Source: Octopus sinensis
Lineage: Eukaryota
Assembly (NCBI RefSeq): GCF_006345805.1
Contig: NC_043002.1
Span: 84,320,001 to 84,384,000 of the forward strand
Direction: 5' to 3'
Length of the DNA: 64,000 nt
Below, in pieces: positions 49,732 through 63,074 of this stretch. A program made the position numbers and the translations under genes. Numbering within the stretch: position 1 is the first letter of the stretch; the number at the start of each line of letters is the position of its first letter. Under the pieces are notes generated by a model that ran no database searches, was not told the origin of the DNA, and was given only the letters and a program-made list of their open reading frames with translations.

Positions 49732-50454
49732 GATTCAGTTAAATTAGGTACTTAAATTGAGACACCTTGCTAGTTCGGTAAAATATGCACACACCAACAA
49801 TATTATTTGAATATCGAATATCAAACTCCATGTGGGGGCATATATATATAAAATAAAACATATGCATATATACATACATATATGTACGTACCTACCTCTA
49901 CATGTATATATACATACATATATGGGTACAGGACACCAAAAAACGTCAAACACAATGAGAAACGAAAACATAAACACAAAACCAAGGAACTGGACATTTT
50001 TCTTAAACAACGAAAAAATAGAGTACAGGACAAATAACACAAGGAAAATTCCCCTTCTTCAGTCGCCATAGTTTCATCTACTTTGTGTTTCGAAGGTGAA
50101 GGTGATACGCATCTTCGATAGAAACTTTCTTCCCGCGAAAAGCAAATTAAATAAAATTTGAGATCTTTTTGCGGAGGGGTAAAAATGGTAACAGAAACAG
50201 GACAGTAATGACAGTACAAAATATAAACAGTAAAAGAGAGGACAAGAAGGGCTGTTAAGCCGAATGAGATAAAGTATACAAACGCTATTTTTGGGAACAG
50301 CGAAGGAGCAACAGAAAATGCTATCTACACTTCAAGGAAACCAGGTCAGAAAGACAGTAGCAGAGCTCTCATCGCAGGTCAATGACGGGAGGGGGGAGGA
50401 GGAAGGGAGAGAAAAAAGGGAATGGTTGTGAGGAAACCAGAAAGAATGAAGAAT

Positions 50455-50488
<34 letters not shown>

Positions 50489-51126
50489 GACAGTAAGGTA
50501 GAAGAAAAGGAAACCAGAAAGAATGGGAGGGGACAGAAAGGTCAAGAGTGCGCATCATTATTAATATCATTATTAATATCAAGAACAATCTTACATAGAA
50601 ATGGATGCGTGCGTTCCATCATATAATAAATTAATAAATAAAACATATGCATGTATACATACATATATGTACGTACCTACCTCTACATATATATATACAT
50701 ACATATATGGGTACAGGACACCAAAAAACGTCGAACACAATGAGAAACGAAAACATAAACACAAAACCAAGGACCTGGACGCTTTTCATGGGAAGGAAGG
50801 TTTCTATCGAAGATGCGTATCGCCTTCACCTTCAAAACACAGAGTAGATGAAACCATGGCGACTGAAGAAGGGGAATTTTCCTTGTTTTGTATGTCCTGT
50901 ACTCTATTTTTTCGTTGTTTAAGAAAAATGTCCAGTTCCTTGGTTTTGTGTTTATGTTTTTGTTTCTCATTGTGTTTGACGTTTTTTTGGTGTCCCGTAC
51001 CCATATATGCATGTATATATACATGTAGATGTAGGTACGTACATATATGTATATATGCATATGTTTTATTTATTAATTTATTATATGACGGAACGCATGC
51101 ATCCATTTCTAAGTAAGATTGTTCTT
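49727..51126. mobile_element. Direct plus inverted partial repeat cassette, putative Penelope-like pLTR array
   Basis: 49850-50002 is repeated directly at 50633-50787; 50788-51126 is the inverse of 50581-50787 and of 50003-50135; flanked by (TA)n; no ORF. Confidence 0.6.
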
Positions 51127-51195
51127 ATATATATATATATATATATAATATTATATATATATATATGTATGTATGTATGTATGTATGAATATATG

Positions 51196-51264
<69 letters not shown>

Positions 51265-51298
51265 ATATAATATAGATATATATATATATATATGTATG

Positions 51299-51335
<37 letters not shown>

Positions 51336-51336
51336 G

Positions 51337-51368
<32 letters not shown>

Positions 51369-51373
51369 TACAT

Positions 51374-51440
<67 letters not shown>

Positions 51441-51445
51441 ATATG

Positions 51446-51503
<58 letters not shown>

Positions 51504-51505
51504 TA

Positions 51506-51541
<36 letters not shown>

Positions 51542-51600
51542 TATACATACAGATATATATGTATATATAATATATATACACACACACACACATATATATG
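51127..51600. repeat. Long compound (TA)n microsatellite
   Basis: Direct inspection. Confidence 0.95.
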
Positions 51601-52094
51601 AAAAGCTTCTAAAAATAAAATTTTCAATAGTAACTAGACAGGTTTATCCTAGAAAAGCCAGAAACTAGAATATAGTTATATTGTCTAACAATAAAAGAAT
51701 ATGCCAAGTTTCAAATTGGACAGTTATTTTTAGTTGCTGCAAATGTAAGTCAAAGAGACATATCTCTGTGGATTTCTAATGGAAAAGATAGAACACTACA
51801 GAATTGTTATCTTCATTTTCTTTTCTTCTTTTATGCTGATACCAAGCGAATATTGATCTCTTTAGTTGGCACAAGGCAGCAATAAATCTGTAGATTAGTT
51901 AGAGTATAGCCAATTAAAATGACTTCAATATTTTTCTGGTACTTATTTTATCAGCTCCATCATAATTTAAATACATAATAAAATCAAAGGGAATTGAATA
52001 TAACAGTATAGTGCTTGGTATCTCCTCTTTCACTTCTTTTCACTTCAGTCATTGGCAGCTGGCCCTCTCTCAATCAATGTTGATCAGGTACCTG

Positions 52095-52317
52095 TATATG
52101 ATGGGGCGCTGAAAAGCTCCTGGCTTTGGGTAAAAGAAAATACAAGAGGATCAATTAATTATGATTTTATCCAACAAATTCCCCTCTCAGATTCACACAC
52201 TTATTGTAACAGTCCCTCAGTTTTTCTAAGCCCTGTAAAAGAACTTGGAAGGTTGGATAATTAATAAGGCCTTTCAAGATACCCTTAAAACCAGGAAATT
52301 TTCAGTACCTCACCGTA
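52095..52317 (+). mobile_element. mariner-derived MITE
   Basis: TIRs ggggcgctgaaaagctcctggcttt / aaaaccaggaaattttcagtacctc with TA flanks. Confidence 0.8.
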
Positions 52318-52324
52318 TGTATAT

Positions 52325-52560
52325 GTGCTTTTTACGTGGCACCGGCACAGGTGCAAGGGGAGTCCGGCAGCGGTCACGATCGGTTGGTGCTTTTTATGCG
52401 CCACCGGCACAGAAGCCAGTCAAGGCAGCGCTGGCATTGGCCACGTTCGGATGGTGCTTTTTACGTGCCGCCGGCACAGGTATCACAACTACTATTTCCA
52501 TTTGATATTTATTTCTATGTTCATGTACTTGACTCAATAGGTCTCCTCAAGACAGCAGGT
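52325..52560 (-). mobile_element. RTE 3'UTR array fragment (3 units)
   Basis: gtgctttttacgtg..ccggcac x3; inverse of 30485-30715. Confidence 0.88.
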
Positions 52561-53215
52561 CATTGGCGAGATTATTTCAGGAATGAAAATCTCCTCTTTT
52601 GATACCACTGACATTATCAAAAGAAAAGGCTTCCAATTTGAGGCAATACTGTTTGGCATCAGTGACAATACAGAATTACTTTCAGAACACAAAGATCTAG
52701 AACAGATACTGCAAGCTACTCTTGCCCAACCATCTGACAGTCTTGTTAACCCACAATCCTGGATCTACCTTTTCTAACTTTTATTAGTTTCAGTCATGGG
52801 ATGGTGGCTATACTAGGGCACCACCTTGATGGGTCGTTAGTTGAACGAATTAACTCTAATGTTTCCCTAAAGCCTGGTACTTATTCTGTTGGTCTCCTTT
52901 GCCAAACTGTTAAGTATGTATGTATGTATGTATGTATGTATGTATGTATGTATGTGTGTGTATGTATGGATGGATGGATGGATAGATGTCTCTTCTATTT
53001 TTCAATTATTAGAAATCTTCCACTGAGGAGGGAGCCAGTTTCCAACAAATATACAAGACTCCATCTTTGGGACGTAGTTAACACAGACAAATTCCCATTT
53101 GGAACTTGAAAAAAGTCTTGCATATTTTCACTGTTCCACTTACAGATTGCACTTCTAATGTACGAATTAGCTGGTCAATTTCTCTTCCTGAAAATCCTTG
53201 TTTATCCAGAATCTC

Positions 53216-53936
<721 letters not shown>

Positions 53937-54147
53937 ATGTATGTATGTATGTATGTATGTATGTATTATGTATGTATGTATGTATGTATGTATGTGTGTA
54001 TATGTGTGTGTGGTGTGTGTGTGTGTGTGTGTGTAGGTATGTATGTATATATGTATGTATGTATGTATATACATATATATCATCATCATCACCCCCATTT
54101 AAAATCTGTTTTCCAGACTGGCATATATACATACATACATACATACA

Positions 54148-54187
<40 letters not shown>

Positions 54188-54193
54188 ACACAC

Positions 54194-54227
<34 letters not shown>

Positions 54228-54231
<4 letters not shown>

Positions 54232-55290
54232 GACATGACAGAAGTAAATCAACGCACTTATACTTATTATTGTTAAAATTTATTTAAATCTGAAATTATA
54301 CATTCAAATTATTTATTAATCATTATAATGTGAATATCTAATATTTGGTAGTCATGCCCTTTGCATTTTTGTATGCAAGGACCCTATTAGGCATGCTCCT
54401 GATCAGATGATGAATATTCTCTTGGGGAATTTCTTTCTTAGTTTCATGCAGTGATCTCAAAAGACTTGGCTTTGAGGATGCTTTCTTCTTTTTATGAAGT
54501 ATCCTGTCCATTATGCCCCAGAGGTGTTCAATAAGGTTCGTATATGGTGACTAGCTTCACCATGGATGCTTTTTAAGCATCCAACCAATCTTGGTTCTTT
54601 TTAGTCATAGGACAAGGAGCCCCATCTTCCATAAGTAAAGAATCTTCTTTAATCATTTTACCACTGGAGAAGATTGGAAGAAGTCCTTTCTGCAATATGG
54701 ACACATATGTATCTGAGTTTGTTTCCCTCACATTCCACTAGCTCTTGTCAACTATTGCTCCAAATTACTCCCCAGACCATCACAGAATAGCTACCATGTT
54801 TCATTATTGGCTGCAATCTTTTCACATCAAATTCTTAATCATGGTGTCTCCAGATCCACACTCAACCTCTGTCAGAAAATAAATACAGTAAATCCGGACT
54901 CATCAGAGAATATGACAGGGTCCCAAAATGCTAGTGACCTCTCCACCATCTCACTGGCCCAATTTTTTCTCTTCTTGATATTGGCTATTTGAAGAAGTGG
55001 CTTCCTTCTTGCTGTTCTATCTAGTAGCCAAATTTGTGGAGATACCTGACAGCTATTCTGGGACTGACATCAACATGTTCTGCTATGTCAGAGGCCTTGC
55101 AACAAGTATCATCCTCTACACTTCTCTGAACAAAGTGAAGGGTCCTGTCAGAGGGCCCTGGTCGACTTGGGTGAGGGGATGTGGACTCCTTCCCCTCTCT
55201 GGTGAATTGCACAATCACTCTATTAACTGTAGAAAGTGGGATCTTGTAATTGACCCACAATACAGCCTCTTTGAAATTCAGGGAGTTCCA
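54228..55290 (-). mobile_element. Tc1-like (DD..E) transposon relic
   Basis: [13 protein letters not shown] (HTH), WDPVIFSDES, VMVWG, LMEDGAPC, SPYTNLIEHLW, SMPNR..KGMTTKY*; TIR gacatgacagaagtaaat at the left end. Confidence 0.92.
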
Positions 55291-55374
55291 AGGCTTCTTT
55301 TGTACATATGTGTATTTATATATATATATTTATATATATATATTTATAGATATAGATATAGATATAGATATATA

Positions 55375-55541
55375 CAGGCATAGGAGTGGCTGTGTGGTAA
55401 TTAGCTTGCTTACCAACCACATTATTCCGGGTTCAGTCCCACTGTGTGGCACCTTGGGCAAGTGTCTTCTACTATAGCCTCAGGCCGACTAAAGCCTTGT
55501 GAGTGGATTTGATAGATGGAAACTGAAAGAAGCCCATTGTA

Positions 55542-55545
<4 letters not shown>
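55375..55545 (+). mobile_element. SINE A 5' half ending in (TA)n
   Basis: ggcataggagtggctgtgtggtaa..gaagcccattgtata. Confidence 0.88.
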
Positions 55546-55587
<42 letters not shown>

Positions 55588-56533
55588 ATATATATAATCA
55601 TTTATATGTATATGAAAAGAGAGAGAGAAAGATAGATAGACAAGCAGATAGATATATGATGTCACTGAGAGGGATTGTCAAGAATGCCTAAAATTTATAT
55701 TAACATTAAAGAATTCAACTGTGAACCTATGCATAGAAGAGTATGTATTTATATGTATGTGTGTGAGGTGATTCTTTGATGTGTACAATGATTGTATGTT
55801 TGTGCAGTTGAGAAAGACCGGGTTATCATGTCCTAGTTAAAGGATGTTTTGTTTTGTATTGCGGTCTGTCTCTGACTGCTCATGGTGGTGGCGCATGTCT
55901 GGCATGTGAATGATGCCTGTATGCAGGATCTTAAGAAAGCGTGAAAGATGGCATCATTTGTGTGTATGTGTGTGCTATTACAGTGTCGTTTATTTACTGT
56001 GAAAATGAAGTGAACAAGTTTCTGAAGAATTGGTGGTTTATCAGTATTTCAGTTACTACTACCGTTCAACCAATGGACACAGTTTTCTTTCATTTTTTTG
56101 TCTGAAGACGTTAAATATAAACAGAACCGCAAAATACTCTCACACACACACACACTACAAACTCCATATATTCACAAAGAAAAACTGATAGCTAAATACA
56201 AAAGCATCTTCTTCTTCTTCTTCTTCTTCTCATCACCATCATCATCATTGTTCTTGTTCTTCCTCTCCTCTTCCCCTCCTCTCCTCATTCTTTTTTTACT
56301 TTCTTCTCTTTACTTTTATCACTAACTTTGTTAATTATATCCATTCCAATCCTCCTCCGCAAGACCAATTTCCTATACATATCCTTTAAAATAAAGTTGG
56401 GGATTCCTGGTTCAAATTGCAGTAACATCTGCTACAGCAAATTAAATTTCAGTTAAAATTTATTTTCAGCTGATCATCTTATGTACAGTTCCCTTCACTT
56501 AACTATTATATGTTCATCATGCAGATGAACATA

Positions 56534-56750
56534 CAGGGTGGCCCAAAAGTAGACTTAAAGTTATTCAACTATCTCTTTCGCATTCATATATTAACAGTTT
56601 AGATCTTAATTATAAAAAAAAAAAATATGAAACCATTATTCTATGCTAATTTAGTTAATTGTAAGATAGAAATTTAAATGTAATAAAATGTTTTAAATGA
56701 AATTTAAAGTACCTAGGTAATAACTATAAACCTACTTTTGGGCCAGCCTG
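56534..56750. mobile_element. Tc1/mariner-type MITE (217 bp, TA TSD)
   Basis: TA|cagggtggcccaaaagtagacttaaagttatt ... aataactataaacctacttttgggccagcctg|TA. Confidence 0.9.
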
Positions 56751-56932
56751 TATAGTTGGAAAATTTTCCATTGTCATTATTTTAATTATTTAATCAGTGA
56801 ATTTTATTTCCTCATAAAAAGTTATATCTATTGTTCAGCAAAGACACTTTAACTGATATGTTTAATGACCAACCACTCTCTCACCTCATTCGTGCTCAGC
56901 CTCTCACACAGATTAATGTTATATGTATCGAA

Positions 56933-57150
56933 GGGTAGGAAAACTGACTGAATCATTAGCATGCCAGGTAAAATGCTTAAGTGGTATTTCATCTACCTTT
57001 ATGTTGTGAGTTCAAATTTTGCTGAGGTTGGCTTTGCTTTTCATCATTTTAGGGTTGATAAAATAAGTACCAGTTGATCACTGGGTTTGATTTAATCGAC
57101 TTACCCACTCCCCCAAAATTGCTGACCTTGTGCCAAAATTTGAAACCAGT
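56933..57150 (+). mobile_element. SINE family B, alternative-tail subtype
   Basis: B head and core, then cccaaaattgctgaccttgtgccaaaatttgaaacc. Confidence 0.8.
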
Positions 57151-57272
57151 ATTATTGTTGTTGCCGCTGTCATTGTTAAGGCAGCAAGTTGATACTTGAC
57201 ACAACTGCCTGGTGCTCCAAACATGATTATATTTATAAAATGATTATATTTATATCATCATTATCATCATAT

Positions 57273-57448
57273 TAATAGTTATCGCCAAGCTAACATGGCA
57301 GTCCAGAAAAATAGGACGAATGCTGCTGTTGATTAGCTCCAAGAGGCCATTGCCTCTAGCTAGCTATGTGATGGCCTCTTGGAGCTAATCAACGGCAGCA
57401 TTCATCCTATTTTTCTGGACTGCCATATTAGCTTGGCGATAACTATTA
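57273..57448. repeat. Fold-back palindrome (~79-bp arms)
   Basis: taatagttatcgccaagc..ccaagaggccat / atggcctcttgg..gcttggcgataactatta; three mismatches seen. Confidence 0.95.
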
Positions 57449-57939
57449 GCTATTATCCAGTACTGCTGCCATAGTCTCCTTTACAGAGAATTAGAAATAA
57501 TGATAATTCTATCATTATCATCATCATCATTTAACATTCATTGTCCATTGGCATGGGTTGGATGGTTTGACCAGAGCTGCACCAGGATACAATCTGATTT
57601 GGCATGGTTTCTATGGCTAGAATTCTTTCCTGATGCCAACCACTCTACAGAGTATGTTGGGTCCTTTTACATGGTATCACATGAGTGCATTTATGTAGCA
57701 CTGGCACAAGTGCTCTTTAAGTGACACTGGCACAGGACTCTTGTAAGCCAATCCTCTTCACTAGGGACCAGCCTTAACACTTCTTGGGTATAGCACGATG
57801 CCAATGGATGCATGGCTATGTGGTTAAGAAGCTCATTTGAACTCAGAATGTAAGAAACTGGAAGAAATGCTACTAAGCTTGTCATCTGATGTGCAAAAGA
57901 TTCTGACAACTTAACAATGGTAACAACAATAATAATTGT

Positions 57940-58150
57940 TTTTATTCTTTTACTTGTTTCAGTCATTTGACTGTGGCCATGCTGGAACACCACCTTTATT
58001 CGAACAAACTGCCCCCAGGACTTATTCCTTGCAAGCCTAGTACTTATTCGATCGGTCTCTTTTGAAGAACCACTAAGTTGTTAAAGGGACGTAAACACAC
58101 CAGCATCGGTTGTCAAATGATGGGGGGGGGGGACACAAACACACACACGA

Positions 58151-58198
<48 letters not shown>

Positions 58199-58355
58199 AG
58201 TTTCTTTTAGTTTCCATCTACCAAACCCACTCACAAGGCTTTGGTTGACCCAAAGCTATAGCAGAAGACACTTGCCCAAGGTGCCATGCAGTGGGACTGA
58301 ACTCAGAATCATGTGGCTGGGAAGCAAGCTTTTTACCTCACAGCCACTCCTGCAT
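57940..58355 (-). mobile_element. SINE family A
   Basis: Full copy. Confidence 0.88.
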
Positions 58356-58815
58356 CTTTCTAATTTTGGCATAAGGCTAGCAATTTTGAGATGAGAAGTT
58401 AAGTCAATGATGTCGACCCCAGTACATGACTGGTACTTAATTTTATTGAGCCCAGAAACATGAAAGGCAAAGTTGACCCAAGTAAGATTTGAACTCAGAA
58501 CATAAACAGCTAAGACAAATATTGCCAAACATTTTTCCAGTGCACTAATGATTTTGCTAGTCTTTTAATGGTTTTCTTGCTTAAGACACAATGTAGCCAG
58601 TAATTTTGAGGGAAAAAAGGGTAAGTTGATACCATTTACTCTATTATTTGACTGGTACTTTATTTTATTGACCCTGAAAGGCTGAATGACAAAGTTAATC
58701 CTGAAAGGCTGAAAAGCAAAGTTGACTTCAGTGGGATTTGAACTCAGAATGTAAGGTGTCAGAATAAATGCTGCAAGGCATATTTTCTGACATCCTAATG
58801 ACTCTCCCAGCTTCT
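58356..58815 (-). mobile_element. Two old SINE B copies
   Basis: actggtactt..gaaaggcaaagttgac..tttgaactcagaa twice. Confidence 0.75.
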
Positions 58816-58819
58816 TACC

Positions 58820-58944
58820 ACAACAACAACAACGATGATGATAACAATAACAATGATGACAATGATGGCAACATCAGCAACAACAGCAGCAGTAGCAGCA
58901 GCAACAACAACAACAACAACAACAGTTGCAGGAGCAGCAACATC

Positions 58945-58991
<47 letters not shown>

Positions 58992-59040
58992 AAACAACAA
59001 CAACAACAACAACAAAAGCAACAGCAACAGCAGCAGCAGT
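58820..59040. repeat. (AAC)n/(AGC)n tract
   Basis: Direct inspection. Confidence 0.95.
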
Positions 59041-59314
59041 GATTTATTATCCACCCATATTTGTGAAGATTACATTGAAGTGTGTTACTTGTTCACCATA
59101 TTTTTTTTGATGATAGATCTGCCGGCACAACAAGAACAAGAACAAGAAGAACAACAACCAGAAGTGGTTGACTATTTCAGGCTGGATATCATCCACATCA
59201 ATTTCAACAGTTTGGGAGTTTAACTTCTAATAATCACAGCCATTGTCTTTTCTTCCTCCTACTAAATTGTTAAAAATAAATAACTACCCTTACTTATTAT
59301 TTTGCTGTGTATCG

Positions 59315-59628
59315 AGCCATGGCTCAGTGGTTAGAGCGTCGAGCTTACGATCGTGAGGTTGTGAGCTCGAATCTCGGACCGGGCTGCGTGTTGTGTTCTT
59401 GAGCAAGACACTTTATTTCACGTTGCTCCAGTTCACTCAGCTGTAGAAATGAGTTGCGACGTCACGGGTGCCAAGCTGTATCGGCTGCTGCCTTTCCCTA
59501 GAGAGGGGAGGCCGGTATGCATGGGCGAATGCTGGTCTTCCATAAACAATCTTGCCCAGACTTGTGCCTGGGAGGGTAGCTTTCTAGGTGCAATCCCATG
59601 GTCTGTGTCGTGACTGAAGGGGGTCTCA
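59315..59628 (+). mobile_element. SINE family D (tRNA-derived)
   Basis: A box tggctcagtggttagagc, B-box-like gctcgaatc, body tgtgttcttgagcaagacacttta..ctcagctgtagaaatgag. Confidence 0.85.
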
Positions 59629-60192
59629 GAATTGAGCCACCAAAGAAGTCTATACATGGCTGTTTGGTCTACTAGAAACAGAAGCCAAATCTCCCTCATA
59701 TTATTCTCTGTGCATAAGAAAAAGATGGGATGGTCACAGATGGAATGCCTTTGATCATAGGATTGCTTGATCATGGCTGACCTGGGAAAAAGCAATATCT
59801 ACAACAACAGCCTGAACATTGGACCAATGAAGATGTTTCTAGATAGTTGCTCAGGGTGCTAGACATAGCAGTAAAATCTCTCTCAAATCTCACCTTACCC
59901 TCTTAATAATGTAAAGATATACAGAACAATAGTCTTAGATATAAAAAAAAATGGAAAAAATAAATGAAAGCTGGGCAATTACAACAACTTTGTACTGTTT
60001 ATTTTATCACATTCAAAAATACCGTAATACCATGGGGGTCTGGTACCTTACATACAATAGGGAAACCCCTGATGAACCCACAATTTATGTGAAATATGAC
60101 TGATGCAAAACATATGAATCAATATCTATATAAGTCAGCATACAGCTAAGCAAATCAAAGAAGGAGTCTATGTAGTTTGCAAGAAATAATAA

Positions 60193-60498
60193 CCAGCACA
60201 GCTCCCATGACTTCCAGAAACATTTTTTTACGCTAAGAGTTGCTGAAGTATGGAACAAACTGCCGGCATCAGTGGTTAGTTGTCGGAGCACTGCATGCTT
60301 CAAAACTTCCATGCTTCCTGAGATTCACCAGCACTACACCTGATTTTCTCCCCTCCATACACACGCAAGTATGTATCTGACTCATACACTGTTCACTTTC
60401 CAGACATTTGTACATTACCGCATATGCTTTATATGCACTTTTGACAAGTTGTGGTGCACCTGAGCACTGTATACAATAATTTCATTTTTATTATTATT
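60193..60498 (+). mobile_element. CR1 3' fragment (family of 13793)
   Basis: QHSSHDFQKHFFTLRVAEVWNKLPASVV; ends caataatttcatt(tta)n. Confidence 0.9.
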
Positions 60499-60662
60499 AA
60501 ATCTCCTTGAAAACATATTCCAGCTGTTCTATAAAAAAGAGAAAAATGCCTGGAAAATGATGGTATGATCAGAGTTTGAATGCTTTTGAATGTTTGGTCT
60601 GCTTGAAAAGGGCTATCCAAGGGCTCAAGAGCAACAACAATAACAACAGCAGCAGCAGCAAG

Positions 60663-61022
60663 GGAAGGCACAATGGCCCAATGGTTAGGGCAGCGGACTT
60701 GCGGTCGGAGGATCGTGGTTTCGATTCCCAGACTTGTGTGTGTTTATTGAGTGAAAACACCTAAAGCTCCACAAGGCTCTGGCAGGGGGTGATGGCGACC
60801 CCTGTTGTACTCTTTCGCTCCAACTTTCTCTCACTCTTTCTTCCTGTTTCTTTCCCTGACTTCCTATGCAACCGCTGAGCCTGGATGCGCATTTATCCAT
60901 CCGTCGATGCTCTTGGTGTCGGGGGCTGACCTGCTTTCTCTTCTGCGGGTCTTATGAATAGCAAAGGACCACGTTTCGGACTTCTCCCATCTTGTGAGCT
61001 CTGAGATGAAGACCGTTCGCTC
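60663..61022 (+). mobile_element. SINE family C with an alternative 3' tail
   Basis: Colinear with 15288-15480 up to 60850, unrelated afterwards. Confidence 0.85.
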
Positions 61023-61294
61023 AACATCAACATCATCATCAGCAGCAGCAACAACAATAATGACGACGACGACAACAGCAACAATAACAGCAGCAACAGC
61101 AGCTGTTCAAGAATTTGGACCTGGAGATCTCCATTTCCAGCAACTTCGAGGGCCACCTCCCAGTGATGTCAACGAAGAGCCCTCAACTACAACAAGATGA
61201 CGAAAGTTTTTTTTTTCCCAAGGTCTGGGGTCTCCCGCCCCTAAGCCATAGACCATCACCTAATCACCCAGCAGCAGGAAAAGATATTTTTATT

Positions 61295-61730
61295 TTTTTA
61301 CTTGTCTCAGTCATTGGACTATGGCCATGCTGGAACACTATCTTGACAGGTTTAGTCAAGCAAATCAACCCAAGTACTTATTTCTTTTAAATGTGTTACT
61401 TATTCTATTAGTCTCTTTTGCTGAACCACTAAGTTATGGGGATGTAAACAAACCAACACTGGTTGTCAAACAGTGGTGTGGGACAAATACATAAACATAT
61501 GCACAAACATAAATATATAAACACACATGCATACACAGACAGACAAACAGACAGACACACAGACATACACACTCACACACACACACACACCAGACTTCTT
61601 TCAGTTTCCATCTATCAAATCCACTCACAGGGCTTTGGCAAAAGACACTTGCCAAAAGTGCCACAGAGTGGGATTGAACCCAAGACCACATGGTTGGGAA
61701 GCAAGCTTATTAACCACATGACTATGCCTA
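61295..61730 (-). mobile_element. SINE family A, older
   Basis: Full copy with internal (CA)/(CAGA)n. Confidence 0.85.
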
Positions 61731-61749
61731 TGCTTATAAGCCACACTTG

Positions 61750-62045
61750 GGAAAAAGATATAATGGTCATAGAGGGAATGTTTTTGATCATAAATCTGCA
61801 TGTTCAGGGCTGACCTTGGGCTAAACAAACAACAACAATAATGACAAGTAAGGTAGTGTATTAACAAAAAAGTTAGGATGGTCATGGCTAGAATATGGCT
61901 AACCTACTTGATCATAGCTAACCAAGATTTAAACAACAGCAACAGCAAAAAGAAAAAAGGTTACTTGATAAAAGATGGGAAGGTCATAGCTGGAATGCCT
62001 TTGACCATAGGACTGCTTATTTAAATCTGATCTAGGACTACATTA
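61750..62045 (+). repeat. Three diverged tandem copies of a (CAA)n-tailed interspersed repeat end
   Basis: gatggtcatggctggaatgcctttgatcata..gctgacct..ggctaaacaacaac; also near 3210, 38120 and 59725. Confidence 0.65.
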
Positions 62046-62119
62046 AAGAAACAAAATACAAAACTTAGAAGCATCTTTCTCACCTGGACTGATGCGACAG
62101 GTAAACCAATCTTTTGTCT

Positions 62120-62515
62120 TTAATCTTTTACTTGTGTCATTCATTGGATTACAGCCATGCTGTAGCACCACCTTGAAGGGTTTTACTCAAACAAATCAAT
62201 CCTGGTACTTATTTTTTAAGTCTGATTTTTATTCTATTGGTCCCTTTTGTTGAACTGTTAAGTTACAAAGATGTAATCAAACTAACACCAGTTATCAAAC
62301 AGTGAGGTGGGGGACAAACACATACAAGTACATATATAAATATACAACAGGTTTTCCATACACTTTCCATCTACCAAGTTCACTCATAAAGTATCGGTTA
62401 ACTGAGGGACTATAAAAGAAGACACTTGCCCAAGGTGCTGCACAATGGGACTGAACCTGGAATCACACAGCTGCCCAGCAAGCTTCTTAGCCACTCAGCC
62501 ATACAGCCATGCCTG
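62120..62515 (-). mobile_element. SINE family A, old
   Basis: Head and 3' end recognisable. Confidence 0.8.
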
Positions 62516-63074
62516 CTATATTTCACAAATACTTTCCTTTGAAATCTCTTCCAATTATACTGCCAATCAGAGATTAAATCGCAAGTATTATAACCAAACA
62601 TAGTATATCTTTATTGGCACCATGATGGTGAGACATGATGGTAACAGTATGATATTTAAAATAATAACATGGTTTGTTAGTTTTTTTTTTTTTTGCTGTT
62701 GTTTTTTTGCTTTTTGTTTTTAATGCTATGTCTTGTCCTATGATCAGCACGCAATGGAAATTATGCCAGAAATGTTAAGAATAACAAATTGGACAGCAAA
62801 ATAACATATCACAGTGTATTAAATCAACAACAACAACAACAGCATGATCAACATTTATATATGACTGAAATTGTGCCAACTGTTTGTAGATACAAAAGAA
62901 TTAATAGAATTAATCTACTTAAGTCTACTTCAGTTATTCTTAGGTTTCCATTGTTTGTTCCAGAATTAATTTTAGTCAGAAAATATTCATAGTAAACGTC
63001 ATCATCATTGTTGTTGTCTTCGTCATCAGTAAAATAATGTTGAAATAAATAATGGTTTCAAGTTTTGGCACAGG

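Noticed and set aside
50825-50885. Hammerhead ribozyme in the putative pLTR (GAAAC..GTA..CTGAAGA)
   Set aside because: Core motifs are in type II order, but no stem I can be formed and stem II closure is non-canonical.
51081-51627. YI/IY-repeat ORFs (also near 23478, 27266, 29605)
   Set aside because: Translations of (TA)n.
58768-59223. Poly-N/poly-S exon of a host gene
   Set aside because: Starts inside a SINE and is mostly (AAC)n; no recognisable domain.
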